DNA from: Phycisphaeraceae bacterium
GTDB taxonomy: Bacteria; Planctomycetota; Phycisphaerae; Phycisphaerales; Zrk34
Length of the DNA: 64,000 nt
Direction of reading: 5' to 3'
Assembly (NCBI GenBank): GCA_040905565.1
Contig: JBBDRF010000001.1
Coordinates: 1-64,000 of the forward strand
Below are positions 10,173-19,556 of this stretch, one piece after another. The notes below the pieces were generated by a model. That model searched no databases and was not told the origin of the DNA. It saw only the letters and a list, made by a program, of their open reading frames with translations. The position numbers and the translations under genes were made by a program. Each line of letters starts with the position of its first letter. The stretch's first letter is position 1.

Positions 10173-12419
10173 TCAATCGAGCGTTGCAGCATTTTTCACG
10201 CTGCCGCCGCTCGGAATCCGGCCGTCTTCTACTGCCTCCAAACGCCACAGGCCGACCGTCTCGTCGTCCGGCTGCATCAGCCCGGTCGGCTCCACGTCGT
10301 GCACGCCCCGCCGAACCCGGACCTGCTCAATGAGCCCGTCCGAACCCACACGCGCGTCGCCGTGCGTCGTGTAGCCGATCGTCAATGAACCCGGCTGCCT
10401 CGGCAAATCATTTCGCTCAACCGTAGCGTCGGCCACCTGCTCACCGTCGACGAACAGACGCACCCGCTCACCGTTGAAAGTCATCCCCACATGGTGCCAC
10501 TGACCGTCGGCCACGTTCACCGAAGAACGCACTTCAACGGGCTCATAACCGGGCATAAACACACTTAATACGCCGCTCCCAGCATAGCTGTACAGCTCCC
10601 AATGGCCTCCCGAACCCTTGTCCTCACTGGCGACGATGATGTTGAAACCGTCGGAGTTCCGCAGCTGCGTCCACGCCTCCACAGTCAACGGCGGCTGCGA
10701 GAGGTCATCATGCGACGCGATCGTCGCCGTGCCCTTGGCGACATCCAGCGCTTCGCCGAACTGGCCTTCGCTGAACATCTTGACCGGTGGCTGGACCGGA
10801 TCGTAGCCGAGCTGCGGATGCCCAGCCGCCCACACCATGCCCCGGCGAATCAGGTCGCCCGCGTGCCGAACGGCCGTGGCGTCGTGGCCGAGCACCGTCT
10901 GAAAAATTTGGCCATCGCCGTAGTTGTACGCCCACGCCATCGGCTCATCGCGGTTGGTATCCTGCGAGTGAGCGGTGACGAGCGGGACGATCGGCTCGTC
11001 GCCCTGCTGGCGATAGTAAAGCTCGTCGCGAGTCACGAAGGGTTCAAGGCCGTCGGTGATGGGGTGGGATTCGTCGGTGATGTCGACCTGGAATTCGCGA
11101 TGTGCATCGTGGCCGCTGTTGGTCTGATGATCCCACACCCGCCGAACCATGCGGCGATACTCGGGCCAGTCCGACTCGGCATTCGGCAGCGACTTGTGAA
11201 ACGCGCCGTTGGCGAAGTGGATGACGCTCAACCCGCCGCCGCCTTCGAGGTAGGCGATGAGCCGCTGCTTCGCCGGATCGCTCAAGCCGGGGCGATCCCA
11301 GTTGTTGTAGTTGAGGACGATGACGTCGTAAGCTTCGAGCGATTCGTCAGCGAGGCGTTCGACATCTTCCCATACGTCGACACGCGTCCGCGGATCAAGC
11401 TCGATCACCTCTTGCAGCCCCTCGGTCAAGGCACGCCAGTCGTGACCGGGATGGTGATGGCCGGTGAGGATCAGCGCCCGCAAAGGCTCAGCTGCGATGA
11501 CGTCTTCGACGCCGTTCTCAGGCACTTCGACGCCGGCCGTCCAGACGATCGCGTTCAGCGTGAGCTTGCGGTAGTCCGCGTCCCACCAGTTGTCGTAGTA
11601 ATGGCCGCCGGTGAGCCCGAAGCCTCGGCCGCCGTCTTCGCGCTCGATCGCCCAGGCGACGGTGTAATCGCGGGGCTCGCCGGGCGGCTGCGACAGCAGG
11701 ATGTCCTGCCGACGGGCGTCGTCTTCACGGAAGCGGACGCTGTAGTAGAACTCTTCGTGGACTTCGAACGGGTTCACGCCGCGCGACACGGGATGTTCGG
11801 GTGAGCCGAGCGCGACGGGTGCGGTGTAGTGACGGATGGCGGAGAACCAGCCGTTGCCGGGGCCGGACTGGTAGTCGAAGTGGCCGCCGACCCAGTCGAG
11901 GATTTTCTCGCTGAGTCGCATGGGAGCGAAGGTTGAATAGTGGAAGGTCATGATGCCGCAGCCGCGGTCCATCTGCCGTTCGATGATGTCGAGCCGATCG
12001 CCCACAAGGATCGGGTGATGCGCTTCGACGCGGTCGGACCCGCTGGTGATGAAGACGATGGTGTCGGCTTCATCGAGTTCCGCGTGATCTTCAGGCCAGC
12101 CGCCGGGGTAGACGCGAACATCAAGTTCGGGCAGGTTCGGCGAGGTCAGCAGGGCATGCTTCACCAGGCGGGCACTGCGGAGGTATTCATGGGTGCCGGG
12201 CGGATGGCCGTCGGGATCGCCCGCGAGCAGCGCGATCGTGCCCCCCCCACCAGGCCCCTCACTTTCCGCAGGCGTCGCTGCCTCTGCGGTCGCCTCTCCC
12301 ACGCCGCCGGTGTTCGCTGTCGTCAGTGAGAGGATGAGGATGAGCAGGGCAAGCCCGACCCACATCGCCCGCCGCCGGTCCATCCAACGTGGTTTCGCAT
12401 CGCGTGAACTGACATCCAT
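10173..12419 (-). CDS. Secreted protein with two ThuA-like (class I glutamine amidotransferase-like) domains and C-terminal LamG
   Basis: HPPGTHEY, HEEFYY, GGRGFGLTGGH; second domain GHHHPGHDW, DELYY, FQTVLGHD; C-terminal LamG VADGQWHHVGMTFNG. Confidence 0.85.
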   Translation of the reverse strand: MDVSSRDAKPRWMDRRRAMWVGLALLILILSLTTANTGGVGEATAEAATPAESEGPGGGGTIALLAGDPDGHPPGTHEYLRSARLVKHALLTSPNLPELDVRVYPGGWPEDHAELDEADTIVFITSGSDRVEAHHPILVGDRLDIIERQMDRGCGIMTFHYSTFAPMRLSEKILDWVGGHFDYQSGPGNGWFSAIRHYTAPVALGSPEHPVSRGVNPFEVHEEFYYSVRFREDDARRQDILLSQPPGEPRDYTVAWAIEREDGGRGFGLTGGHYYDNWWDADYRKLTLNAIVWTAGVEVPENGVEDVIAAEPLRALILTGHHHPGHDWRALTEGLQEVIELDPRTRVDVWEDVERLADESLEAYDVIVLNYNNWDRPGLSDPAKQRLIAYLEGGGGLSVIHFANGAFHKSLPNAESDWPEYRRMVRRVWDHQTNSGHDAHREFQVDITDESHPITDGLEPFVTRDELYYRQQGDEPIVPLVTAHSQDTNRDEPMAWAYNYGDGQIFQTVLGHDATAVRHAGDLIRRGMVWAAGHPQLGYDPVQPPVKMFSEGQFGEALDVAKGTATIASHDDLSQPPLTVEAWTQLRNSDGFNIIVASEDKGSGGHWELYSYAGSGVLSVFMPGYEPVEVRSSVNVADGQWHHVGMTFNGERVRLFVDGEQVADATVERNDLPRQPGSLTIGYTTHGDARVGSDGLIEQVRVRRGVHDVEPTGLMQPDDETVGLWRLEAVEDGRIPSGGSVKNAATLD

Positions 12420-12502
12420 GTGACCACCTGCCTCAGCATAGGATCGTTTGCACGTACAAACTACCAAATGCGTCGGCGAGAATCAAGACCGTTCCGATGA
12501 GC

Positions 12503-12614
12503 GGGTGCCCCGGCCAGCGCAGACGGCCGGGCGTTTTTGACCCGATGTATTGCGACCTCTGCTTGCATCCAGCGAAGCCCGGCCGTCTCGCTGCGCTCGC
12601 TGGCCGGGGCACCC
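12503..12614. repeat. Inverted pair of REP-like family E (GGGTGCCCCGGCCAGCGAGCG-AGCGAGACGGCCGGGC)
   Basis: Shortened copy at 12503-12532 and inverted copy at 12573-12614; the latter matches 46342-46383 at 41/42 nt. Confidence 0.8.
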
Positions 12615-12629
12615 CTGCAAAAGTTCGGG

Positions 12630-13211
12630 TCACAACTGAATGTTCGTGCCGAGCACTTTGAGGAACTGTGAGAGCCAGGCGGGGTGGGCGGGCCATGCGG
12701 GGGCGGTGACGAATTTGCCGTCGGTGACGGCCGAGTCGATTTCGACAGCCTGGAACGATCCGCCGCCGAGCGTGACTTCGGGGCCGCAGGCGGGGTAGGC
12801 CGTGCAGATGCGTCCTTTGAGCACGCCTGCCGCTGCCAGCAGTTGTAAGCCGTGACACATGGCGGCGACGGGTTTGTCCGCTTCGAAGAAGTGCCGACAG
12901 ATCTGCAGCACCTTCTCGTTGAGCCTGAGGTATTCGGGTGCCCTGCCGCCCGGCACGACGAGTGCGTCGTAATCCGCTGCGTCGATCTCTTCGAAGCTGA
13001 CGTTCACGGTGAAGTTGTGGCCGGACTTTTCGCTGTAGGTCTGGGCGCCATCGAAATCGTGCACGGCTGTCCGCACGGATTCGCCTTTGCTTTTTTCCGG
13101 GCAGACAGCGTGGACCTCATGCCCGACCGCTTGCAGGGCCTGAAAGGGGACCATTACTTCGTAGTCCTCGACGTAGTCGCCGACGATCATCAGAATCTTC
13201 TTCGCAGCCAT
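12630..13211 (-). CDS. DJ-1/PfpI family protease/deglycase
   Basis: [18 protein letters not shown], nucleophile elbow [18 protein letters not shown] upstream of ATG 13211. Confidence 0.9.
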   Translation of the reverse strand: MAAKKILMIVGDYVEDYEVMVPFQALQAVGHEVHAVCPEKSKGESVRTAVHDFDGAQTYSEKSGHNFTVNVSFEEIDAADYDALVVPGGRAPEYLRLNEKVLQICRHFFEADKPVAAMCHGLQLLAAAGVLKGRICTAYPACGPEVTLGGGSFQAVEIDSAVTDGKFVTAPAWPAHPAWLSQFLKVLGTNIQL

Positions 13212-13337
13212 GCAGGTTACTCCTTCGGAATCGGGTTTCGTGGGAATTGGTATCATTCTAACGCTTCTTAGGGTGGGGCGGTGAGGCCGGTGCGTGCGAC
13301 GCGAGCGACCGTACCGACAAAGCCCCGGCGTGCGACG

Positions 13338-13363
13338 ACCACTTACTGACGTGCGTGGCTCGT
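13338..13363 (-). repeat. REP-like family A variant (ACGAG-CCACGCAC-GTCA-GTAAGTGG-T)
   Basis: Compensatory variant of family A; nearly identical to 47385-47410. Confidence 0.7.
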
Positions 13364-13398
13364 GTTCGACGCCTATGCGTTGGGCGCGTTGATGGTGT

Positions 13399-15186
13399 AT
13401 GCTTTCCGGTTCGATGATTCCTACAAAGCACGATAATCAGGCGATTGCCGCGACACCGTGGCTCGCATGCCTCATCACCCTTGCGATGCTGCTCATCACG
13501 ACCAGCATCAGCCTCGCCGGCGGCCAGACTGCGGACCGCGCGCAGGGGCGTGGCGAGCAGGAAGCTGAGTTCGAGACGGCCGAGACGCTGGTGGCCGGCA
13601 GCGAGCAGATGCTCTTCGTGGTGCAGCTGGATCCGGACCTCGATGAGTTCCGCCTGCGCTTCGCCGAGGCCGACGCACTGGACGCGCTGATCAGCGGCTG
13701 GCGTGCATCGGGCATGGTCGAAGGGCTCGCCGCGTGGAACGAGACGGCCTACCTCATCTACAGCGATCACTCCGTGCAGGCCATGCGATGGCGCGGGCAG
13801 GAGCCGATGCATCCTCGGCCGTTCGAAGTGCGTCAGCTTCCGCCTTTGCCGGGCGAAGGGCAACTGCTGGATGTCATCGCCACAAGCGCCGGTGAACTCG
13901 TTGTCGTGATGGGCCCCGAAGAAGCAACTGCAGGCGATGAGGCCCCGCGCCCCCGCCCCACCACTTTCCCCACAACGCGCGAATCCGATTCAGCCAGTGT
14001 CGCGGACGACTCGGACGGGGCCAGCGTCAACGTCGATCTCAACGGCGACGAGCAGGCGGACGACGATCCCCTTCGGCTGCTTCGGCTTTCGCGGAATCAA
14101 TGGCACGCGATGGATTGGCCTGACGATCTCGCTGCGGAGCAGTTCGTCGGGCTCGGCCGCGCCGCCGAGGGCCGGGTGACGTTGCTGAGCCGGTCGGCCG
14201 ACGGATCGGGCGTCCGCTTTGACACCTGGCGTCCGGATCAACCAAACGAAGGCTGGCAGCGCGAGCAGTACGCCATTGAGCCGAGCTCCGCCATGCGAAG
14301 CCTGCGTGTGCTGCAGACGCCCCTGCTGCTGCGGAGCGACGCGCCGATCGGCCCCATCGACGCCTACTACACCGCCTCCAGCGGCCTCGCCACGCACCTG
14401 GGGCAACTGGAACAGCTTGAAGATGCCACCCGCTGGTGGGCCACTCCGACGGGCAACCGTGTCACGTTGATCGTGGCGGACGAGAACCAGTCGCTCGCGC
14501 GATGGCAGTGGGATCCACGCGGTCAGATGCCGCCTGCTGCCGCTGTCGAGCCGATCGAATTCGCCGACATGCCCGCGTTGACTTTCGAGCCGATCGTCTG
14601 GCTGCTGATCGCGGCGATGGCGGTGGCGCTGCTGATGCTGTTGGCGACGATGGGCAACGCCGAGGCCAATGTGCCGCGTCTGCCGGCGAGCCTGAGGCCG
14701 GCGGGCACGCCCCGGATCTGGGCGGCGTTCATCGATTTCGCGCCGGCGCTGGGTGTGAGCATGTTGATCTTCGGCGTGAGCGATCCGCTGGAGGTGCTGC
14801 GGGCCTGGCCCAGCCTCAGCGGCGATTGGGATCAGATGCCGCCGGCGATCACGGCGATCTGCCTGCACGCGCTGCACACGCTGCTGGCGGAGCTTTTCAC
14901 CGGCCGGTCGCTGGGCAAGTGGATCATGGGCTGCCGGGTGGTGAATCTCACCGGTGAGCCGCCGCATGCTGGGCAGATCGTCGGCCGCAACTTCTTTAAG
15001 ATTCTCGAAATGGCTGTGCCTTGGCTTCTGCTGCTGCCGATTTTGCCGTCGCTGTTGCCGTATCAGCAACGGCTGGGCGACCTGATCGGGCGAACGCTTG
15101 TCGTCGTCGACGTGCCGGAATCGGAGCAACCCCCCGCTGAGAAGCGTGAAGACGACGACGAATCGCAGAAGCACGAAGACGGTTGA
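13399..15186 (+). CDS. RDD-family membrane protein with large extracytoplasmic N-terminal domain
   Basis: C-terminal RIWAAFID...[14 protein letters not shown]...[11 protein letters not shown]-terminal signal-like segment. Start may be 13414. Confidence 0.8.
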   Translation: MLSGSMIPTKHDNQAIAATPWLACLITLAMLLITTSISLAGGQTADRAQGRGEQEAEFETAETLVAGSEQMLFVVQLDPDLDEFRLRFAEADALDALISGWRASGMVEGLAAWNETAYLIYSDHSVQAMRWRGQEPMHPRPFEVRQLPPLPGEGQLLDVIATSAGELVVVMGPEEATAGDEAPRPRPTTFPTTRESDSASVADDSDGASVNVDLNGDEQADDDPLRLLRLSRNQWHAMDWPDDLAAEQFVGLGRAAEGRVTLLSRSADGSGVRFDTWRPDQPNEGWQREQYAIEPSSAMRSLRVLQTPLLLRSDAPIGPIDAYYTASSGLATHLGQLEQLEDATRWWATPTGNRVTLIVADENQSLARWQWDPRGQMPPAAAVEPIEFADMPALTFEPIVWLLIAAMAVALLMLLATMGNAEANVPRLPASLRPAGTPRIWAAFIDFAPALGVSMLIFGVSDPLEVLRAWPSLSGDWDQMPPAITAICLHALHTLLAELFTGRSLGKWIMGCRVVNLTGEPPHAGQIVGRNFFKILEMAVPWLLLLPILPSLLPYQQRLGDLIGRTLVVVDVPESEQPPAEKREDDDESQKHEDG

Positions 15187-15312
15187 GCGAGCCAACCCAC
15201 CCTGCCACATAGCCCCGGCCTTGGCGTTGTGACGCTGTGCCCACATTTGCCCCACCCCCGCGCACCGCAGGCAATTGCCGTTCGTCGTGGCGGTGACTAC
15301 ACTGGGCGTCCC

Positions 15313-15831
15313 ATGAATCCTGAACATCAGCATCACGACAACATTCGCAACAGTCGGCTGACGCGGGCCCTTACGCTCGCCCTGCTCGGCAGCCTGTCGG
15401 TGACTTTTTTCGGTTGCCAGACCAACGGTGGCGAGGGGGCGGATGAGGGGTACGGCAACACGCCGCCTCCCACCATCGAGACTGGGCTCGCACCGAAGCA
15501 GCAGCCGCCGATTCGCGATCTGCCCGTGCCGGTCTGGTTTGAGATAATCGACGAGCAGAGCCGGTCATATGAAGCGAACGGCGTGCGGTTTGTGGACCAC
15601 ACGTACCAGGGCCGGGCGACGAAGACGCAACTCGAACGGTTCTACCGTGAGCAGCTACCCGTGCGGGGCTGGCGTCTTCGCAACGCGCAGATGGTGCGAG
15701 GCACGCATATTCTGCGTTACCAGAAAAACGGCGAGGGGCTTGACGTTCAGATCGCCGACGATGACCGCCCCTTCCGCGGCGCCTACAGTCGCGTAACACT
15801 TTTGATTCAGTCGCTCGACGGACCTGAATAA
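15313..15831 (+). CDS. Hypothetical lipoprotein
   Basis: Hydrophobic stretch ending in FFGC; IRDLPVP motif; ATG 15313 preceded by TACACT-N9. Confidence 0.7.
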   Translation: MNPEHQHHDNIRNSRLTRALTLALLGSLSVTFFGCQTNGGEGADEGYGNTPPPTIETGLAPKQQPPIRDLPVPVWFEIIDEQSRSYEANGVRFVDHTYQGRATKTQLERFYREQLPVRGWRLRNAQMVRGTHILRYQKNGEGLDVQIADDDRPFRGAYSRVTLLIQSLDGPE

Positions 15832-15886
15832 CTTCACTTTGCAGACACGCAGCTGAACCGCTGCCTCGCATTTTCACGAGCTTGCC

Positions 15887-16732
15887 ATGACCACCCCCCC
15901 CACCAAGCGTCCGCCCGATCCGATCCCCGAGGAAGAGGAAACCGATCTCCAATCCTTCCTCCGCAACGCCCGCGCGTGGTTCGACCAGTACGGCACGAAC
16001 GTGCTGGTGGTCGTGCTGGCGATCGTGCTCGGCTTCGTCGGCTGGAACTGGTACAGCGGCCGGGAAGCGCGGGCGCTGGAAACGGCTTACACCGAACTGG
16101 CGATGGCGGAGACGCCGAGGGGGAAGCAGGATGTCGCCCAGCGGTACGAGCACGTCCCGGGACTCGCCGGCAAAGCGTACCTCGAAGCGGGAAACATGCT
16201 CCTGAATGAAGCGATGGGGCTGCCGCCTGAGTTCGGCGTCGAGCCGCGCGAGCTTACCGACGAGGAACGCCAGGCGAACTTTGAGCAGGCAGCTGAGCTT
16301 TATCAGCGTGTGATCGATCGTCAGCATTCCACGCTCCAGGTCATCAACGCCCGCTTCGGGCTCGCAGCGGTGCATGAGAACCTCGGCAACTGGGACGAAG
16401 CCGCTGAGCAGTACGATCTCGCCGCCGAAGATGCCGCCGACTTCATGCCCGCCGTGGCGACCAAAGCAATCGATCTGAAAGCCGGCCTCGACCGCATCGC
16501 CAACCCGGTTATGTTCCCCCAGGCGCCCGAGCCTGACGAAGCTGCAGCTGAGGACGACGGCGGTTTTCGACTGGACCTGAACGATCTTCAGGGCGGCGAG
16601 GAGGGGCTGCAGGACCTGCCGCTCGAGCTGCCCGAGACCGAGCAGCCGGCGGAAGACGTTCCCGTCGAGCCGATCGATCCGGAGACGGAAGACGACGCGG
16701 AAGATGCGGAACTGGATGTTCAGTTGCCGTAA
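15887..16732 (+). CDS. Membrane-anchored TPR protein (YfgM-like)
   Basis: Single TM after WFDQYG; TPR-like ARFGLAAVHENLGNWDEAAEQY; acidic tail. Confidence 0.75.
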   Translation: MTTPPTKRPPDPIPEEEETDLQSFLRNARAWFDQYGTNVLVVVLAIVLGFVGWNWYSGREARALETAYTELAMAETPRGKQDVAQRYEHVPGLAGKAYLEAGNMLLNEAMGLPPEFGVEPRELTDEERQANFEQAAELYQRVIDRQHSTLQVINARFGLAAVHENLGNWDEAAEQYDLAAEDAADFMPAVATKAIDLKAGLDRIANPVMFPQAPEPDEAAAEDDGGFRLDLNDLQGGEEGLQDLPLELPETEQPAEDVPVEPIDPETEDDAEDAELDVQLP

Positions 16733-16752
16733 AATGAATCGGCCTCGACACC

Positions 16753-17982
16753 ATGCCTGCCCTGACCCCCGCCCAACCTGACGATCACGATCCCGATCTG
16801 GCTATCGATGCCGAGGACGAACAGCCGCTCGGCGACGAAGCGGTCGAATCCGACGGTGCCCAGCATCGGCGCTTTCGCCTGCACCGCGATCTCCGCAAGC
16901 GCCTTGACCGCTACCTGCGTGATCGGCTCCCCGCCCTGTCGCGTTCCCGCCTGCAAAAGCTGATCAATGAAGGGGCTGTGACGGTCAACGATCGCCAGCC
17001 GAAGTCCTCCACGCAGCTGCGCGTCGGCGATGTGGTGGACGTCGTCGTGCCCCCGCCGCCGATTAAGCAGATCCCCGCGGAGGACATCCCGATCGACGTC
17101 CTCTATGAGGATGAGCACCTGATCGTCCTCAACAAACAGCCGGACCTCGTCGTCCATCCCGCCCGCTCGAACATGCATGGCACGATGGTCAACGCGTTGG
17201 CGTGGTACTTCCGGCACATTGAAGCGAACGGACTCGAAGCCCTTTCGAAAGTCGGCGTCGACGAGTTCCGCCCCGGCATCGTGCATCGGCTGGATAAGGA
17301 CACGACAGGCGCCATCGTCGTCGCGAAGACCGACGAAGCGCATTGGCGTCTGAATCGCCAGTTCGAACGTCGACAGGTGCAGAAGTATTATCTCGCGCTG
17401 GTGCATGGCGAGATGAAACCGCCCGGCGACGTGATCGACGCGCCCATCGGCAAGCATCCCGCCGTCGCCGAGGCCTACGCCGTGCGCCACGACAACAACG
17501 GCCGGGATGCGATCACGCTCTACCGCGTCCGTGAAGTGTTCGATGGTTATTCGCTCGTTGAGCTGGAACTGAAGACCGGCCGCACGCACCAGATTCGTGT
17601 CCACCTCACCTGGCTGGGCCATCCGATCGTCAGCGACATCATCTACGGCGGCGAGCCGCTCGGCGAACCGGAATTCCACCAGCCCGTTCAGCCCACCGGC
17701 GGCAAAACGATGCTCACATACGCACGCCAGAAGATGGAAGGTGTGAAGATCTGGCAACGCATGGCTGAACGCGACGACCTGCTCATCGCCCGCCCCGCCC
17801 TCCACGCGACCATCCTCCAGTTCACCCAACCGATCACAGGCGAACCGATCCGCATCACCGCACCGATGTACCCGGACATGGCCGCCCTGATCCGCCGCCT
17901 TCGCACCGAACGCCCGAAAAGCGGGCCCCTGCCAGCCGAAGGCGCGATGGTCGACATGGATGCGGTGCTGGGCGAGGCGTAA
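16753..17982 (+). CDS. rluD: RluA/RluD family 23S rRNA pseudouridine synthase with S4 domain
   Basis: RLDRYL...SRSRLQKLI (S4), NKQPDLVVHP, GIVHRLDKDTTG, KTGRTHQIRVH. Confidence 0.9.
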   Translation: MPALTPAQPDDHDPDLAIDAEDEQPLGDEAVESDGAQHRRFRLHRDLRKRLDRYLRDRLPALSRSRLQKLINEGAVTVNDRQPKSSTQLRVGDVVDVVVPPPPIKQIPAEDIPIDVLYEDEHLIVLNKQPDLVVHPARSNMHGTMVNALAWYFRHIEANGLEALSKVGVDEFRPGIVHRLDKDTTGAIVVAKTDEAHWRLNRQFERRQVQKYYLALVHGEMKPPGDVIDAPIGKHPAVAEAYAVRHDNNGRDAITLYRVREVFDGYSLVELELKTGRTHQIRVHLTWLGHPIVSDIIYGGEPLGEPEFHQPVQPTGGKTMLTYARQKMEGVKIWQRMAERDDLLIARPALHATILQFTQPITGEPIRITAPMYPDMAALIRRLRTERPKSGPLPAEGAMVDMDAVLGEA

Positions 17983-17986
17983 GGCG

Positions 17987-18012
17987 AAACGGCGATCCGC
18001 GATCGCCCGCTA
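17987..18012 (-). repeat. REP-like family C (TAGCG-GGCGATC-GNR-GATCGCC-GTTT)
   Basis: Same 26-mer at 31599-31624 and, inverted, at 61834-61859; lies between convergent stops. Confidence 0.8.
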
Positions 18013-18013
18013 G

Positions 18014-18499
18014 CTACCGCCTTCTGCCGAGCGCTCGGCGGATGTCGCGGTCGTGCTCTTTCTTCTTGATCGTGGCGCGTTTGTCCGCCTGCCCCTTACC
18101 GCTGGCGATACCAAGCTCGACCTTCGCAAAGCCGCGATCGTTGAAGTACAGCGTCAACGGCACCAGCGTGTAACCCTTCTCCGTCGTCTTGCTCGCAAGC
18201 TCTTTGATCTGCTTACGACGTGCGAGCAGCTTGCGTTTATCCTTGGCGCCGTGCTGCGTGTCGGCGGGGGCATGGCTGTACGAGCCGACGTCCATGTTGT
18301 AAAGCCACAACTCGCCGGTCTCCGGTTCAACCCGAGCGAAGGCCTCCGCCAGCGACACCTGACCCTGGCGTATGGCTTTAACTTCCGTACCGCGCAGCCG
18401 CAGCCCGCACTCCATCGATTCGTGGATGTGATAGTCGTACCGCGCTTTGCGATTGAGGATGCGCGGGGCGAAATTCTCTTCCTTGCGACGCTTTGCCAT
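18014..18499 (-). CDS. smpB: SsrA-binding protein SmpB
   Basis: NRKARYDYHI, GLRLRGTEVKAIR, RKLLA, GYTLVPLTLYF, GKGQADKR. Confidence 0.95.
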   Translation of the reverse strand: MAKRRKEENFAPRILNRKARYDYHIHESMECGLRLRGTEVKAIRQGQVSLAEAFARVEPETGELWLYNMDVGSYSHAPADTQHGAKDKRKLLARRKQIKELASKTTEKGYTLVPLTLYFNDRGFAKVELGIASGKGQADKRATIKKKEHDRDIRRALGRRR

Positions 18500-18531
18500 A
18501 GCACCCCAGCATAGCACGGATAGTCGTTGGC

Positions 18532-18561
18532 GTGTGCCACTGGTGGCTTGTCCACCAGTGC
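18532..18561. repeat. Palindromic repeat family F (GTGCCACTGGTGGCTTGTCCACCAGTGC)
   Basis: CACTGGTGG/CCACCAGTG stem in the divergent smpB intergenic region; single copy here, resembling a repeat recalled from planctomycete genomes. Confidence 0.55.
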
Positions 18562-18642
18562 CCAAAGTCGTGCCCAAATTTGCCGCACACCCACCGCTGG
18601 CCCATCTCGACGCGGAGAAGCGGTGCGGGTATTATGGGTTGT

Positions 18643-18840
18643 ATGTTCAAACTTCAAATGGTTGCGATGATGGTGTGCAGCATGTTGGCGTTGAACGCGT
18701 CGGCACTTGCACAGGTCTACGACCCCCCGGGCCCCCCGCCGCCTCAGAGCCCGCTGATCGCATGGACGATCTCGCTGTTTCTGTTTCTCGCGGTGCTGGT
18801 GGCCTCGTTCAAGTCTTCCAAACGAAGCAAGACCGATTGA
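18643..18840 (+). CDS. Small (65 aa) membrane protein
   Basis: Signal peptide ending ASALA, Pro-rich linker, TM helix, basic tail FKSSKRSKTD; TATTAT-N7-ATG. Confidence 0.65.
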   Translation: MFKLQMVAMMVCSMLALNASALAQVYDPPGPPPPQSPLIAWTISLFLFLAVLVASFKSSKRSKTD

Positions 18841-18888
18841 CCCGTCCCAAGGCGTGGCGACACGCTCACGCTGGCAAGGAGCCTGCTG

Positions 18889-19179
18889 ATGAACAAAAAG
18901 CACCTGAGTGGCTTGATTGCGCTGAACCTCGTGCTGCTGATCGCGCTAGGCGCCCTCAGCCTCACCTCGCAGAAGGCCTCGGCCCAGGCCGAAGGCGGCG
19001 CGCCGGAGTACCTGATGGTCGCCGGCAAGAGCCGCGGTCAGATCAGCAACAGCGTCTACATCACCGACGCACGCAATCAGCTGATGGCGGTGGTCAGCTA
19101 CGACCTCAGCCGCCGGGCGCTGGTCGCGATCGCCGGGCGAAACCTCGCCAACGACCTGCGTGTCGATGCGGATCGCTGA
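18889..19179 (+). CDS. Small secreted/membrane hypothetical protein
   Basis: AAGGAG RBS; signal peptide ending ASA; VYITD...YD...NLA pattern. Confidence 0.75.
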   Translation: MNKKHLSGLIALNLVLLIALGALSLTSQKASAQAEGGAPEYLMVAGKSRGQISNSVYITDARNQLMAVVSYDLSRRALVAIAGRNLANDLRVDADR

Positions 19180-19220
19180 ACCACACCCGCCCCGCCTTCG
19201 GTGAAACGGAGTTTTGAACG

Positions 19221-19556
19221 ATGAAAATGTCTCGCACTCAAACCGCGTGCCTCTGCCTGATCGCCTCGGCCTTCGTGCTCGGCGGACTGGTGTTCGCACA
19301 GCTGTCAGATCGCCAAAGCCAGGCCCACGCCGAGATGGTCGTCAGCAAGGGCAACGTGCTGCAGTTGACGACACAGTTCCAGGCCGACACGGAACTGCTC
19401 TACATGATCGACGAGCGGCGTGACCTGCTGCTGGCTTACTCGGTGGATGTCAACCGTGGCAACGTCGAGCTGCTGGGGCGGCTGAACCTCGCCCGCGTCT
19501 TCAATCGTCAGGCGCGGGAAGAGAACGAAGAGCCCGAACGCCGCCGTGCCCGCTGA
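19221..19556 (+). CDS. Small secreted/membrane hypothetical protein, probable paralog of 18889..19179
   Basis: GGAG RBS; signal peptide ending AHA; LYMID...VD...NLA pattern. Confidence 0.75.
   Translation: MKMSRTQTACLCLIASAFVLGGLVFAQLSDRQSQAHAEMVVSKGNVLQLTTQFQADTELLYMIDERRDLLLAYSVDVNRGNVELLGRLNLARVFNRQAREENEEPERRRAR

Noticed and set aside
18500..18642. tmRNA gene next to smpB
   Set aside because: The region is too short and lacks tRNA-like ends; it holds only a palindrome and two divergent -10 elements.
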